Below are positions 1-27,001 of a DNA stretch of 64,000 nucleotides, piece by piece (position 1 is the first letter of the stretch; each line of letters opens with the position of its first letter). This stretch comes from Lama glama (Eukaryota). The notes beneath the pieces are model-generated. The model was given only the letters and a program-made list of their open reading frames with translations. It was not told the origin of the DNA and searched no databases. The translations under genes and the position numbers were made by a program. The stretch is taken from the NCBI GenBank assembly GCA_028534125.1, contig CM052817.1, forward strand, positions 49,106,001 to 49,170,000, read 5' to 3'.

Positions 1-96
1 GTTTGTTTGTTTTGCTTATAATGGAGGTACTGGGGATTGAAACCAGGTACCAGTGCATGCTGAACATGAGATCTACCACTGAGCTACACCCTTCCC
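1..96 (-). mobile_element. tRNA-derived SINE (camelid Vic-1-like)
   Basis: Reverse complement reads gggaagggtgtagctcagtggtaga...catgcactggtacctggtttcaatccccagtacctcc plus an A-rich tail; A and B boxes visible. Confidence 0.8.
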
Positions 97-142
97 TCCA
101 ACTGTGTCTCATACACACTTGTGTATTTACTCCTTCACTAGT

Positions 143-273
143 GGGGGGGGTGTAGTTCAAGTAGTAGAGTTCCTGTTTAGCATGTATGAGGTCCTGGGTT
201 CAATCCCCACTACTTCCTCTAAGAATAAATAAGTAAGTAAATCTAATTACCTTTCCCCACCAAAAAAAAAAAA
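143..273 (+). mobile_element. tRNA-derived SINE (camelid Vic-1-like) with target-site duplication
   Basis: ggggtgtagttcaagtagtagag...gaggtcctgggttcaatcccc...poly(A); flanked by tccttcact at 131-139 and 275-283. Confidence 0.85.
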
Positions 274-364
274 TTCCTTCACTGAATCTATAGACATTTT
301 AAAAATGTGGAACATAGTCAGTATTGTCTAGATTTTAGTTCCAACTCCAGAGGTGATTCTCTCT

Positions 365-490
365 AAGCTTCTTCAGTTTCCTCATCTGTAAAAGGATAAT
401 AATAGAATTCCTCATAGACTTATTTAGAGATTAACTGAAATAATGCTTGTAAAGTGCTTAACATAGCACCTAGCATATTATAAATAATAT
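365..490 (+). mobile_element. MIR SINE fragment
   Basis: MIR core cttcagtttcctcatctgtaaaa...aatgcttgtaaagtgcttaacatagcacctagca. Confidence 0.75.
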
Positions 491-2604
491 ATGGTAGATA
501 CTTTTGTATTTGTTATTAGTGATTGTATTGAATATACTCTTTTTTGCAAACTATTGTGCTTGGCATTGTGAAGCATGCAAATGAACTAGACAAGGATAAA
601 CAAAGAAAGCTAATATAATAATTATTTACTGAGTGTGTATCATGTGCTGTCAATTAACAAGGCACATGCAATCCTTGTCTTCATGGACACACAAGGACCA
701 CAAGGGGAAAGGGACAAATAAATAGACAATACTGGAGGTGCCATAAGTCACAGAAGAGAAGAATTCTAGCCCAGGGATTGAGGGCAGGGAAAACATCCAG
801 GAACATGTAACATCTCAGCTGATGTAGAAAGGATGCGTGGGAGTGCTCTGTACATTCCCAGAGGCAACCCCAGGTGGGATGTGGAGTCAGTTCAATTCGG
901 CTGGAAGGCTGAGTGCCCATGGTGGCTGGCAAAGTGAAGGAAGATAAGCTGGGTTCAACTACAACAGATACTGAAGCCAAGTTAGGAAGTTTGGGCTCTA
1001 CTTTGACGATAATGAGGAGTTACAGATATATTTAGCTACTAGTTATTACGATCAATTTTGCTTTTTCGAAAGAATGATACATGTAATCCTAGAGTACAGG
1101 CAAAACGTTGTCTTGGAGGACTGAAGTTGTTCCTTGAGAACTTACTAGCTTTATTAGGACACAATGTGACTCACCCTAAATATATGAGGTATTAAGGTAC
1201 TGTACGTAGTCCCTACTGATAAAAAAGGGAATCGGTTAGAGACATGAAACATTTCCATTTTGTACTCTGATAAAACATGGCAAAGAAGACATTTTCTGGA
1301 GATCTCCTGTGCAAAATTTTGAAGATGTCAATGTTTTTTGTTTGTTTGCTCTTATCATAAGCAATCCTAGAAAGACAACATACACCTTGCTGAAATCATT
1401 CCACACATAAAGACTCTCTCTTTAATTAATACTATTTATGTATCTTCCAGAAAATGTGTCATTCCCATTTTTTCAAGAGATTTGGCCAAGTTACATTGTT
1501 TTCCCTTTGGAGAATGTGATGTAGTCTTGATGTTATCTCTTTACTTCTTAAGTGAAAATAGATAATATACCTTTATAATAGCCTCAGTCTTCATAAAACT
1601 GCTTATTATCTCAGAGATCATCAAAGAGTAAGAGACAGTTGGATAGATTCACATCCTGAGTATTTCCAGGGTGGTTTACAGGGGGACAAGAAGACAGATG
1701 GATTGAAACTATTAGTAAAATTGTGTTTGTAGTGTTGGACTAGAAACTTTAAGTGATAAAAATGAAGAAAGTGAAAAAAAAAGGAATAGATTAACAGATA
1801 AAAGAAACAATTGAGACCAATAAACTTGAGGCCCTGAATTTTATTGCAGATGAGGTATATTCCTGATAAGAAAGAAAAGAGAAACAGAACTTGGGAAAAA
1901 AACATGGTGTTCAAGGATAAGGCTTCAGAATCTTTAGGGTTCTGACAATTTCAAAGTTTGGTTAAAGAAGTGGCTAGCTAAAGTAACATAGAGGTAGTGA
2001 TCAATGACCACAAAAACCTATAGAATTGGAAAGGTCAGGCACACAGACACTAAAATATACAACATGATGAAAAGGTTTGGAATGGAGAGTAATACTATGA
2101 GGCAGGTGTTCAAATCTTCAATTAAAGCAAGGGAGTGAGGACTTTTTAAAAAAGTTATTATGCAGAATGATGAAGACCAGAGGACTTTACTGTTGACTGA
2201 ATGATTTACCAAATCATTTACTCTCATTGATTTATTCTTAACAATGTATTCTGACTCAGCTTCAGCTCAGTTTCTTCACCTTTAATTGGGGATAATAATC
2301 TGTTTTGCCCAATTTATATCAAGAATATTTGAGAAACTCAAATGAAGTAGTATGTGAAAATGCCATAAAAATGAAAAGTCAGAACTAACATTGAACAGTA
2401 ATACAAAAGATACTGTCACTTCAGATTGTTGAAGGAGTTTCTTCTTTATAATTTTATATATTTTATACATTTTCTATAAATATGTGTTAACAATAAATAT
2501 GTGTTACATTTATAGTTGAAAACATAAACATTTCTGTTTTAAATCTTGATCAGTCTGTGTTTGAAAAATATTAGGTGATTTAATATCTGATTTCATTCCC
2601 TTAG

Positions 2605-10298
<7,694 letters not shown>

Positions 10299-11009
10299 AA
10301 AGAGTTTTCTTAACATATCTGAGATTAAAGCTTTCTTCTCATCATTCCTCCTCTTTTATTTTAAATTGGTAGAGAATGAGTCATGTGAAGGAGGATGGTC
10401 AGGTTCACGTGACTATTGAGATCTCCATATAAAAATGCAAGCAAGATTTTTTTCCCAGCTGTTATCTTTTTAATTTTTTTTCTTTTTGACAAGTATCACA
10501 TGAATCTATAACTTATAAGAATTATGTAGGAGCACACAAATCGTCCAAGTTGTTAGTCTCTTTAAAAATAACCAAGCATTCTAAAGTCTTTAATTTTATG
10601 GTTTATGTTTTTCCATTTATTAGCCCACTTAGTCTATGCATATACACGTATATACATAAATGCATATATATTAATAACTGCACATGGACTTTGAAAACTT
10701 TGGCAGAAAGAAGTTAAAAAATAAATAGACATAGGGCTTAACTAGACCTATTATTTCCTCCCTGATATTTTCTTTCACTTTCTGCAGAATGGCTTAATTT
10801 GGAATTTACCTTAGTTTAACGTAAATTTGTGGCATGACAGTACTGTTTTCCAGATGTCTATAAGTAATCCCAATGAGTGCTATTTATGCTTGAATGTCTT
10901 CAGCCAGTTTAAAATATTTATGCTTTAGCGTTTCTTCTGTCCAATATGCAATGTAATGAATGTAACCTCTGTAAACTAAAGTCTTAAAGATTGTGATATT
11001 TACCAGAAA

Positions 11010-11020
11010 AATAAAATAAA
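11010..11020 (+). terminator. Candidate SULT1E1 polyadenylation signal (overlapping AATAAA pair)
   Basis: aataaaataaa ~710 nt after the stop, followed by T/GT-rich sequence; another AATAAA near 10720. Confidence 0.4.
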
Positions 11021-12189
11021 AACAAAAGAAAAGAAGAAGAATTACTGCTTTTTATTTAAATAATGCTGTTTTGGCTTCTGTCTCCTATTTTCCTGTGCTC
11101 TACTGATCATTGTTTTCTATAGTATGTTTATTGTAGTAGTCAGTGCTTCCTTTCTCTACATCAGAGGACACATAAGATGATAAAAAATTCACTATGAGTG
11201 TTTAGTAGAATATGACATCCTTAATTCCTAAACTCAAATGTCAAATCTAGGGAGAAATTGACATATGTTTTCTTACTCTTTGGAGAAAAGTCTAAGGAAT
11301 TCTTAGCCCCCTGTTCAATGATTATGATTTTTCAGAATCAAAGCCATTTTTTTTAGTATAACATCATTATGAATTATACAAAAATTGGAGAGTCTTATAA
11401 ACTATTAAGATTTTCTTGGGACTGGGGTGGTAATTAGAATCTCAGTCTCTAAAGGAAATAATTGCTATTTATTCCTTAAAAGTCCATTTTGTCATATTTT
11501 TCATTTAACATTATAGTGTATAATACTTTTTAAAATTTTATACTTTATAAAACTCATAGCTGATGTTGCCCACATATAACTAAACGAGAGTAAACCCATG
11601 TATCTCTCTGACTTTAATGTTTAGTGAACCAAAGTATTCCAAAGTAGACTGATTGACATTTAAACCAATCCCATTTCTCCACAACTTGTCCAGAAATTTC
11701 TGTAACTTCCTTGGAGGAGGAAGGGGGCTGAGATCTAGCTTAAAATTCAGATAGAAACCGCAAGCCCTCTGAGATATCTTGGCATCTTCCCTGAGCTGGG
11801 TTTAAAGTTTGTGTGTGACAAAGAGTGAGAACCTTGGGGAGCACCATGTGGTGAGGTACACAGGGGTCACTGCTATAGCTTTGATTCTGTGCTTCCAGGA
11901 AAGCTAAAGATTTCTGGTTACCCTGGTGTTTAAGGTTTCCCAATGCTTCAATCTCTAGAAAAATGCCTTCAGGCCAATTGCTAGATACTAAGAAATGTAA
12001 TGCTTGTTGACTGACTGGTTGATTGATGCCATGAAAAGACTAGGAAGTACTCAGTAAACATTTGTTTATGATGGTTGCAATTGCACATAATTTGAACCAT
12101 ACAAGAGAGTTCCTTTATATGACTAAAATACCTGAGAATCCAGTTTGGTCAGCAACAACAAAATAGATCTGGATTATAACTCTGCATAT

Positions 12190-12950
12190 AAAATAAACAT
12201 TCATGAATCCATGCTGATATAAATATTGATATAAATGGTATAAACTGACATGAATGATTGAATAACTAAGTGGGGGAGAATATAAAAGTATCACACACAG
12301 AAGAATTCCAACTGATTATGTGTAACTCTATTCCATCCCTTAAGTGTGGGATTCTCAGAGTGACTTCCTTCTAAAGAGTGTAAGAGTAAGGAATAGTGTG
12401 GGGAGGGAAGTGTAACTTTACAGTGGAGAAATCTGGCACGCAGGACCTCAGCCAGCAACTCAAAGTTAACTCAAAGTTAACATCTTCAGTGATAAGTTAA
12501 TGTTGATAGTAAACACCTTTGATGTACAATGGAAATGGCTCTTTATCTCCCTGACCTTTCTCCCAAAAAACTCTGTAACCATTGCATAACCATGGAAAAA
12601 AACATCAAATAAACCTAAACAGAAGGACAGTATGAAAAATACCTGATCAGCATTCCTCAGTTTTGTCAAGGTCATCGAGAATGGAAAAGTCTAAGAAATT
12701 ATCATAGTCAAGCGGAGTCTGGAGAGGCATGACTCCTATGTGTGATGTAGTACCCTGGATGGGATCCTGGGACAGGAAAGGAATTAGGTAAAAACTCATA
12801 TAATTCTGATAAGGTATAGACTTCAGTTAATAATAATGCATCAACACTGGTTCATTAACATGTAACAAATGTCCTGTGGTGTAAGAGGTTAATGGGGAAA
12901 ATGGATGCTGAGCATACATCAATTCTTTGAAATATTCCTGCAACTATTGT
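12190..12950 (+). mobile_element. Old L1 (L1MC-like) 3' region
   Basis: actttacagtggagaaatctggca...ctggatgggatcctgg...gacttcagttaataataatg. Confidence 0.65.
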
Positions 12951-13158
12951 TTTTCAGCAAAGGGCCAGATAGTAAATATTTCCAATTTTGCAGACAATAT
13001 CATCACTGTTGCAAATATTCAACTCTTTATTTGTAGCTTAAAAGCAGCCATAGACAACACACAAACACATGAGTGTGTCACTTTGTTAAAATACAATTTT
13101 ATTTATAAAGCAAGTGGAAATGTAGATTTGGCCCAAGGGGTGTCGTTTGCCAGCCCAT
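12950..13158 (+). mobile_element. MER58A-like hAT DNA transposon
   Basis: aaagggccagatagtaaatattt...aaagcagccatagacaa...gatttggccc...gtttgccagccc. Confidence 0.8.
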
Positions 13159-14629
13159 CATCTAGATAATAATTTTTCCTTCTTCTATTTTTAGAAATGT
13201 AGAAATGTCTTCCATTTCTCAAAAGTCTAGGAATGCACCAAAAGGTATATTTTATCCAGAACTTAGTTGCCTTTTTGTTCATTGTCTAGACAGAATATCT
13301 AGACAACCATGTTGCTAAGAGCAAGTGTCACAGCTTTTATCGTGTCTCCTCCTGAAGATGCATGTTGGAAGGTAAAATCTTCACCTAGAGTTAATCTGTA
13401 CCAGAAATTAAACATTACATTTTTGAATATAAATACTGAAGTTAGAATGGGTGCTGTAGGGATTTGCTATTTCCTTTAATCACAAATAAAGGGAAAATAG
13501 CTTCTCCACCGTCACCGAGAAATGTGTATCTCTTCCCTTAAAATCTGAATTTTCTCTTACTATGGATGAACAGTCCTTGGGATCCAAGTAATGCCAACCT
13601 CTCTACTTGTGCACTAGATTCTTCAACTGTCATCTATTCTAGAAATTGATATCTCCACTGTATTCTTACTGCTTTCTCTTCCTGTATGATCAGTTCTCAT
13701 CAGAAAATATGTTGTAGTATCTTGCAACTTTAAACAAAACAAACCTTTTCATTGAATCTCCTGAGGTATTCCTACCTTTTCCCTGTTTTTTACATTAGAA
13801 GTCATTCAAGGATTATATACTAATTGTATCCAGGTTTTCACTTTACTCTTCCCCTATTGTAACCTTTCTGGATTAGTGTCCTTAAATTATTTCACTAAAT
13901 ATTTCAAATATGAAAGTACATATCTATTCTCACATGCATATATGTATTAGGCACTTGTGGTATGAAGAATAAGAACAAAGGAACATAGCTGTACCACCAC
14001 CAGCCTAAGAAATGGATCATCCACACCAGTGAAGTCCCTGAGTGTTTCTTCCCAATCCCATGTCTTTACATTTCCTTCCCATAGATAATCTAACCACTGT
14101 CCTGAATTTTGTATTTATCATTCTTTTATAGGATTCATATAAAGGATTTTCTTTATAGATTAATATACATGCACATTACAGTCTATTGCTTAGAGTGGCA
14201 CATTTTGATCATGTGTAAAGACAGTCATACTCAATGTGTTGTTTTGTGACTTGCTTTCATCTTGACTCAAATTTGTGTCACTAAAATTCACTTATGTTGA
14301 TATTTGAGGCTACAGAACATTTATTTGCACTACATGTATAGAACTCTCTTGGTTTATCCATTTTAATGTTAATAGATGTTAGTGCAGCAGAAAATTTTCT
14401 TCATAAGCAATACTACTAGTATCCACGTACACGTGTTCTGAAGAAAATGCCCAAGAGTTTTTCTACAAACAAATCAAATTACTGAGTTGTCAGGTCTGCG
14501 CATTTTCAATTTTCTTGGTATTGCTTTATTTTTTCGCATCGATGCTAACACCTGTTATAGTCATTTTTCTCTATATTTCTGTTACTTCTGGATTTTGGAA
14601 CAGTATTTTATAATTTTTTTTCATTAGTT

Positions 14630-15845
14630 CACCAAAGTAAAATAAGCCCATAGGAAGCAGAAGAAAAGAAATGATTAAAAATCATAATCATAAGTAAATG
14701 AAACCGAATACAAGAAAACAATAGAGAAAATTAATAAAACCAAAGGCTACCTCTTTAGAAAAAATCAATAAAGCTGACAATCCTCTAGCAAGCATGACAA
14801 GGATGAAAAGATAAAGGATGGAATCACCAATATCAGGAATGAAAACAGGAGATGTTAGCATAAATTGTGTAGCCAATAAAAGGATAGTAAGAAAGTACTA
14901 TAGACAATTTTATGCACATAAATTCGACAACTTAAGAAAAATGAGCCAATTAGTTAAAAACTATAAATTATTATACCAGATGAAATATGTAAACTGACTA
15001 GTCCTCTAAACATTAAATTTAAAATTTTAATCAAAATACTCTTGAAAAGGAAATAGCCATTCCTAGATGGCTTCAGTGCAAAATTTTACCAAACATTTAA
15101 AGAAGAGTTAAGACCAATTTTATACACTCTCTTTTAAGATATAAAAAAGGAAAGAATACTTTCCAATTCATATTATAAAACCAGTAGCATTCTGATACTA
15201 AAGCCAGACAAAGATACTACAAAGAAGAAACCACAGGCCCACATCCCTCAGGAACTTAGACACAAGAATTCTCAACAAAAGTATTAGCAAACTGAATCTA
15301 GTAATATGTTAAAAAAAACTCATATTATGACTGAATGGAATATATTTATTATATATGTAATATGTATGGAAATATTTTATTTATTTTTACATATAAATAT
15401 GTAATTTATATATATGTAAGGCAGTTTCAACATTTGAAAACCGATCTATATAGATTGTCATATTAATAAGCTAAAGAAGAATTATCATATGATCGTATCA
15501 ATTGATGTTGGAAAAGTATTTGACAAAATTCACTGAGAAAACTTCTCAGCCATTTGGGAATATAGAACAACTACATCAACATGACACAGTGACCTATAAA
15601 AAGTCTACAGCTAACATTACACTTAATTGTGAAAGACTGAATCCTTTCATCTTAAAATCAGGAAGGAGGGGAAAATACCTGTTCTCACCATTCTTATTAA
15701 ACCTAGTAGTAGAAGTTCTGGTCACTGCAATAGAGCAAAAATTAATTAATTAATCAATCGATTAGTTAAATACACAATACATAAAGAAAACAAACAAATC
15801 AATGGCACACAGACTGTAGAGATTGTGAAGGAGGAAATAAAACTG
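14630..15845 (+). mobile_element. Degenerate L1 ORF2 fragment
   Basis: aatagagaaaattaataaaaccaaa...cctagatggcttcagtg...aagccagacaaagatac...ctacagctaacatt; no open frame. Confidence 0.85.
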
Positions 15846-16379
15846 CCATCTCATGAGTATATTCAGCAACTCTCTGGACATTCCTTCACGGCAAAGCAAT
15901 GAGGTTGTTTGTCAATAACTGGAATGGAACTGAGGCTTCCTATCAATAGCCATACAAGTCAAAGATCTCGTAATTAAATTCTCCAGTCCTAAAGCCTCCA
16001 TCCTCTCATCTTCTGGTGATTGGAACCCCAACCAACAATTGACCATGAGCCAGAACCACCTTGCTGCATCATTTCCATATAACTGTATAAGATAAAAAAT
16101 GTTTGTTGCTTTAAGCTACTATATTTTAGTGTATGTCATTTGTTACATCATAACATATAACTAATTCAATATAGAACTGGATATTGCAGATACTAAGTGT
16201 ATCTCTCCAGAGAATACTAATCAGTTACAAAGAGAGGAATGGTGACATTAAGACGTATAAACCTATCAGACTCCATCTAGATTAGTCAATCAAAGATAAT
16301 ATTTATTTTGTCTCTCTCCAATCCAAATACAATTAAACTCCATGAAGGCAGGAACTTTGTTTTATTCACAGATGAATCT

Positions 16380-16700
16380 ATATATAAAACATAAAAAGAT
16401 TCACAGACATAGAAAACAAACTAACTTATAGTTACCAAAGGGGAAAAGGGTAGGGGGAGGAATAAATTAGGAGTTTGGGATCAACAGATACAAAATACTA
16501 TATACAAAATAGATAAAGAGAATGTCCTATTGTATAGCATAGGGAACTATATTCAATATATTGTAATAAGCTCTAACAAAAAAGAACATAAAAAATAATG
16601 TATATAACTGAATCACTTTGCTATACAACATAAACTAATATAACATTGTAAATTAACTACACTTAAATAAAAAAGCAACAAACAAAAATAAAATAAAATC
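16380..16700 (+). mobile_element. L1 3' UTR end (artiodactyl-type)
   Basis: tcacagacatagaaaacaaact...ataaattaggagtttgggat...tgtatagcatagggaactatattcaat...poly(A). Confidence 0.85.
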
Positions 16701-19700
16701 TGTTTATAAGTTTACCAATCAAAAATGCTGATATCTAACAGACAGTTCTTCTCGGTTTCCACTAGAGATTAAAATTCTTAAAGGTTAAAAAGTGTAATAC
16801 ATGTATAATTAGGAAAGTCACTGAAAATATAAGAAAAGCATTTCAATATGTAAGAATGGTAAGATATATGCTGTCTGCAAAAAAAAAAGATGTAAAAAGT
16901 GGAGATAGTCTTCTTAAGAGAAAAAGGGAGTAATTTTTGTCCCAGAGTTTGTTATTCTTAAATGGGAAAGAAAAAAGGGACAAACTAAATATTAGTTTCC
17001 CCCAAATTCAGTAACACGACCACAGTTCCCTTGTTTTCACTATATGACATATTTTCATTGGCTACAGCTGGTGACCCTAATGCTTGAATCCCTACTTTTC
17101 AATTTTTCTAGTACATAAATCTCCAATTGCTTGCAAGAGGAGAAATGGGGGCAGAAATGGGCACAACCTAAGGATCATTTTCTGGTCCCAAATCTGGAGC
17201 GCAAACTAGGAATGTTTTTCCAACTCATCTGAAAAGTATCTAATTGCCTCCAGTGGTTTTTGCCTTCCTGTGGTTCTGTAGCAGCTTGATATCTGGGTTG
17301 TATCTTGGTTTCTTCCTTGAAGCACACTAAAGAACAAATCTTCATCTAGATTTTTCTATGGGATTCAAAGAAAATATTTGTTTAGGATGTTCATAGAGGA
17401 TAATAACATAAAACATTTACATCTTCACATTTTGTTGAATGAGAGATTTCAATGTCAAATGCCATTATTATGCAGGTTGATAAACTCACAGATTTAAAAA
17501 CTATGCCCTTTATCCCCATTGTGATTTCAAGACCTAGAGACCAAAAAGAACAAAGTCACAAAAAATATTTTGGTCATATGGAAAATGCCAGGAGTCCTCA
17601 AACCAGTTTTTTTTTCCCTCTTTTGAAATGTGTTTTTACCAGTCACCACTATAACCAAGTGGCTAAGAAAGGTGATATAAGAAAGGTGACCTGCATTTAG
17701 ATGGAACAGGCATTATTTAATATGCAGAATAAGGTCCAGTATTTCTTGGTTGCGTTTCCCCTTCCCTTTGCTCTCACACAGGGAGCACGCTCTGGTCTGC
17801 CGAACTTACCCAAGCAGTTCTAGAAGTAAGGATAAATCATGTTTCAGTGAAGTATTCTGACAGAATTACTGAAGTGGAAAGGTCATCTGCATTTTGATTG
17901 GCCTTGTTGTTGATATCAGACACAAAAGTGAAAGCAAAACTAATGTGCCTTCATCTACTATACATAATTATTTGAGAAAAGTTAATTTCAGTTACTAAGC
18001 TTCATAGATTTCCATGGACTCTTTGTTTCATTTCATTTACCACCACAAGAGACAGCAAAAAACCTCCCCTTAAGTCTTTACCACTTAAAACACCAACAGG
18101 CTTTGTACAGTTTAGTCACCAACCTCACACAGCTCTGAAGACTTCATTTTTGCCTTCCTAATGCAAAGGACAGATTATCTTGTCTGACTGAAACAACAGA
18201 GAGTGAAACTTCCATTAACCAATGCAGTAGAAACACAGCCTGGACCTCCAGTTTTTCAAGGCAGGCACCAGGTAAGTGATTTATCAAATCTGTCTTCACA
18301 GTACCTGTATTTTGTGTAAAACAATTGAAAACTTAGAGAATGAGAAATGGAAAATTCTAGTATGGATGTTTTGCCACAAAATGGGAAATATTTGGGAATT
18401 CTTAGGTCCAGGTTTCCTATCATCAATTCACAGGGTTATTTTTCGTATTAAAATTGTGTTGAGGTACCCTACTCCACTAATTTTACATATATAATGCTAC
18501 AAAAAATGTTAAAGTCTATTAGTCTTCCACTTTCTCTATGTTTCTATTTAATTTAAAAGGAATATTCTTGCATGCTCTGTGGCTAAATTGAGTTCTTAAA
18601 AAAAATCTGTGTCTGGGAATATGAAAATCAGAGCTAGTCAAAGGTAGTTTTCACAAGTCTGTTTTTTTGTGTACTTCTGAAGATTCCTGAAGACCATGTA
18701 TTGTATAATGCTAGATAAATGCATTTTCCATTGATGACTGCTTTATTTCCTTTTCAAAAATATTTTGACTACATGGCATATTTTTCACTATTATATATAT
18801 GCAATCTTTATTATTAAATCAGAGAACAACTACAGTAATGTGTTCTTCAAATTTCTGGAAATTAATTACTTCCTAAAGAGTTTTAAAGCAAGATTTGAGC
18901 TATTTTTTCCCCACATATACTCTCCTATTGTCATCTGAATCATAACCACTTCAGTATGGTGTATACATCCCTTAGTTTTTTCCCTTGAATTTATTACCAA
19001 AGCTATTTTCCAAGAACCCCACATAAGTACAAAAAGTCCTAATAAAGGAAGAGACACATACCATTCTTTATTATAGTAATAAAAAAGTGTGTCTAGAAAC
19101 AAATGAAAAAGGCTCAACACATTTTAAAATGGAATATCTTAATTTAAATAGAATTCTAGGAAGTCAGATTAATCTATTTAAACTAATGCCTGAGATCAGT
19201 CAATACAAACTTTTTTTCAATGGATAAATGTTTCACAATTACTATTTTAAAAAAAAAAATCTAAATATTTTCCTCAGATACAAGAACAATTGTATATCTG
19301 AAATTTATAAACCAGTGTTCTGAAAATGTTCCAAAACCAGATTTTTGTTTTTAATGCTATACAGATTTGTTAGCTATCAAAGTGTATAAAGCTTTACTGG
19401 CCTTTAATATCCCTACATACCCAACTTAAAGTGAGGTTAATATAGTTGAAGCCTTGTACTATCATATGATATCTAGACTTCCAGATCTACTAAAAGAAGT
19501 ACTTGTGTGATTTAAAAAAAAAAAAAAGCTCATTTTAGGTCACACGACTAATTAGTATTTCATGATGGCCCAGCATATTTACAGGACGTTCTTCAACATC
19601 AATTTGATTCTTTGTTCTCCCCAGAATGTTAGCAAATGCATAACTTTGTTCACTGCATCTAAGAGCAACTTTCTCTTGGAGTCTGAAACTTGATACAAAT

Positions 19701-20602
19701 AACCATGAAAGTCTTTGAAAGTGATTTGAAAAGTTGATAGGAAGTAGTTTTCAAACGCCTTTAAAAATTTGCAGGATACTTTCACAGACTGTGGCCAGGC
19801 AGCAGAGGACTGGTGGCCAGGCAGAATCTAAAATGTTTCAGTTCTAAGATACACAAGTGGGTTAAAGTAAGCAGTCATTTATTTCCATGAAGAACTGAAG
19901 TGCCACTTTATTAAGCTTCACAGTATACACATCTCATTTCATTCTGCATTTAGAGAGGAAGAAGAGTGGAGATAACATTAATCTTTCCTAGAGAAGAAAA
20001 ATTTATTCTTTGGGAAAGGCTTCGCAATAAGGGATCTGACATTACCCAGCTAATTCTCGTTAGGTCTGATTTAGCCCAAAACGGATCACTTTAGCCCTGG
20101 AAATGTGGATTTAGGCTATCCCTAACTCTAGGCTTCTCAAGTTAGCAGAAATTATCAATGCTCTTAGCCTATGTAAATATCACTATTTCTCGAAGACTAA
20201 ATTTTGTATTCTATCTTCAACAGAAACTCATGCTATGAAAATTACAGTATTAATAGGAGTTGTAGATGGTCAAGGAAGAAAGAAATGTATTTTAAAGAAG
20301 AGGGATAAAATATCTCTGTTAAAGAAGTACACCTATATAGTGAGAAAATCAGAACTGGATAAATATATTTAAATGTAAGTATATGTGTATGCATATGTAC
20401 ATATATATGGATTTTTTAAGGGATTAGTTGAGAAACAGATTCATCTAGACAAACTAAAATAAAATAGAATTCAAAAAAAATTAAGGGGTAGAAAGGTGAA
20501 TCTATGATAATAAATATTATATTCCATAGTAAACACAAAACAATAAAAAAAAATCTACATTTCAAATAGCACTCTTTCAAAGTGAAGAGGACACTGACAT
20601 AC

Positions 20603-20955
20603 TGTGTGTCAACTGAAAGGACCAAGAAGTATAAAGAGGCCAAAAGGTCAATTTATTTGGGGTGTTAGAATTCCATTTGAGACCCACAGATTCCAGAGGA
20701 AGCCAGAAATGTCCAACCAGAAGAAAATGAGGGAGTTAATGCTGCCTTGCATAAGTTGCTTATTAAGAATTTGGATTAAAGGGTAAATTTATTCTACACA
20801 CATGATTGGTTTATACAACTTATCTCACCTGTTATTAGGGAAAGGTACGTTTTCTTTACTCCAAGAAGAGTCCAGTTCTCAGCATTATTCTTTCCTTTCG
20901 GCAACTCAACAAATATTCAGCAGCTTTAGTTTATAGTGTTCAGCCAAAGAACCAC
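20603..20955 (-). mobile_element. Probable LTR fragment running into the assembly gap
   Basis: TG start with a minus-strand AATAAA (tttatt) ~50 nt inside, same layout as the other LTRs here; family not identified. Confidence 0.35.
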
Positions 20956-21455
20956 NNNNNNNNNNNNNNNNNNNNNNNNNNNNNNNNNNNNNNNNNNNNN
21001 NNNNNNNNNNNNNNNNNNNNNNNNNNNNNNNNNNNNNNNNNNNNNNNNNNNNNNNNNNNNNNNNNNNNNNNNNNNNNNNNNNNNNNNNNNNNNNNNNNNN
21101 NNNNNNNNNNNNNNNNNNNNNNNNNNNNNNNNNNNNNNNNNNNNNNNNNNNNNNNNNNNNNNNNNNNNNNNNNNNNNNNNNNNNNNNNNNNNNNNNNNNN
21201 NNNNNNNNNNNNNNNNNNNNNNNNNNNNNNNNNNNNNNNNNNNNNNNNNNNNNNNNNNNNNNNNNNNNNNNNNNNNNNNNNNNNNNNNNNNNNNNNNNNN
21301 NNNNNNNNNNNNNNNNNNNNNNNNNNNNNNNNNNNNNNNNNNNNNNNNNNNNNNNNNNNNNNNNNNNNNNNNNNNNNNNNNNNNNNNNNNNNNNNNNNNN
21401 NNNNNNNNNNNNNNNNNNNNNNNNNNNNNNNNNNNNNNNNNNNNNNNNNNNNNNN
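20956..21455. other. Assembly gap (500 N)
   Basis: Run of exactly 500 N. Confidence 1.
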
Positions 21456-21491
21456 AATAAGTAATCGATGTGTATGTATTGATAATGATGA

Positions 21492-27001
<5,510 letters not shown>

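Noticed and set aside
143..225. tRNA-like sequences with A and B boxes
   Set aside because: They have A-rich tails, a TSD and four diverged copies, so they are SINEs rather than tRNA genes
14688..15753. Short ORFs with L1 ORF2-like peptides
   Set aside because: Fragments of a degenerate L1, not a functional gene
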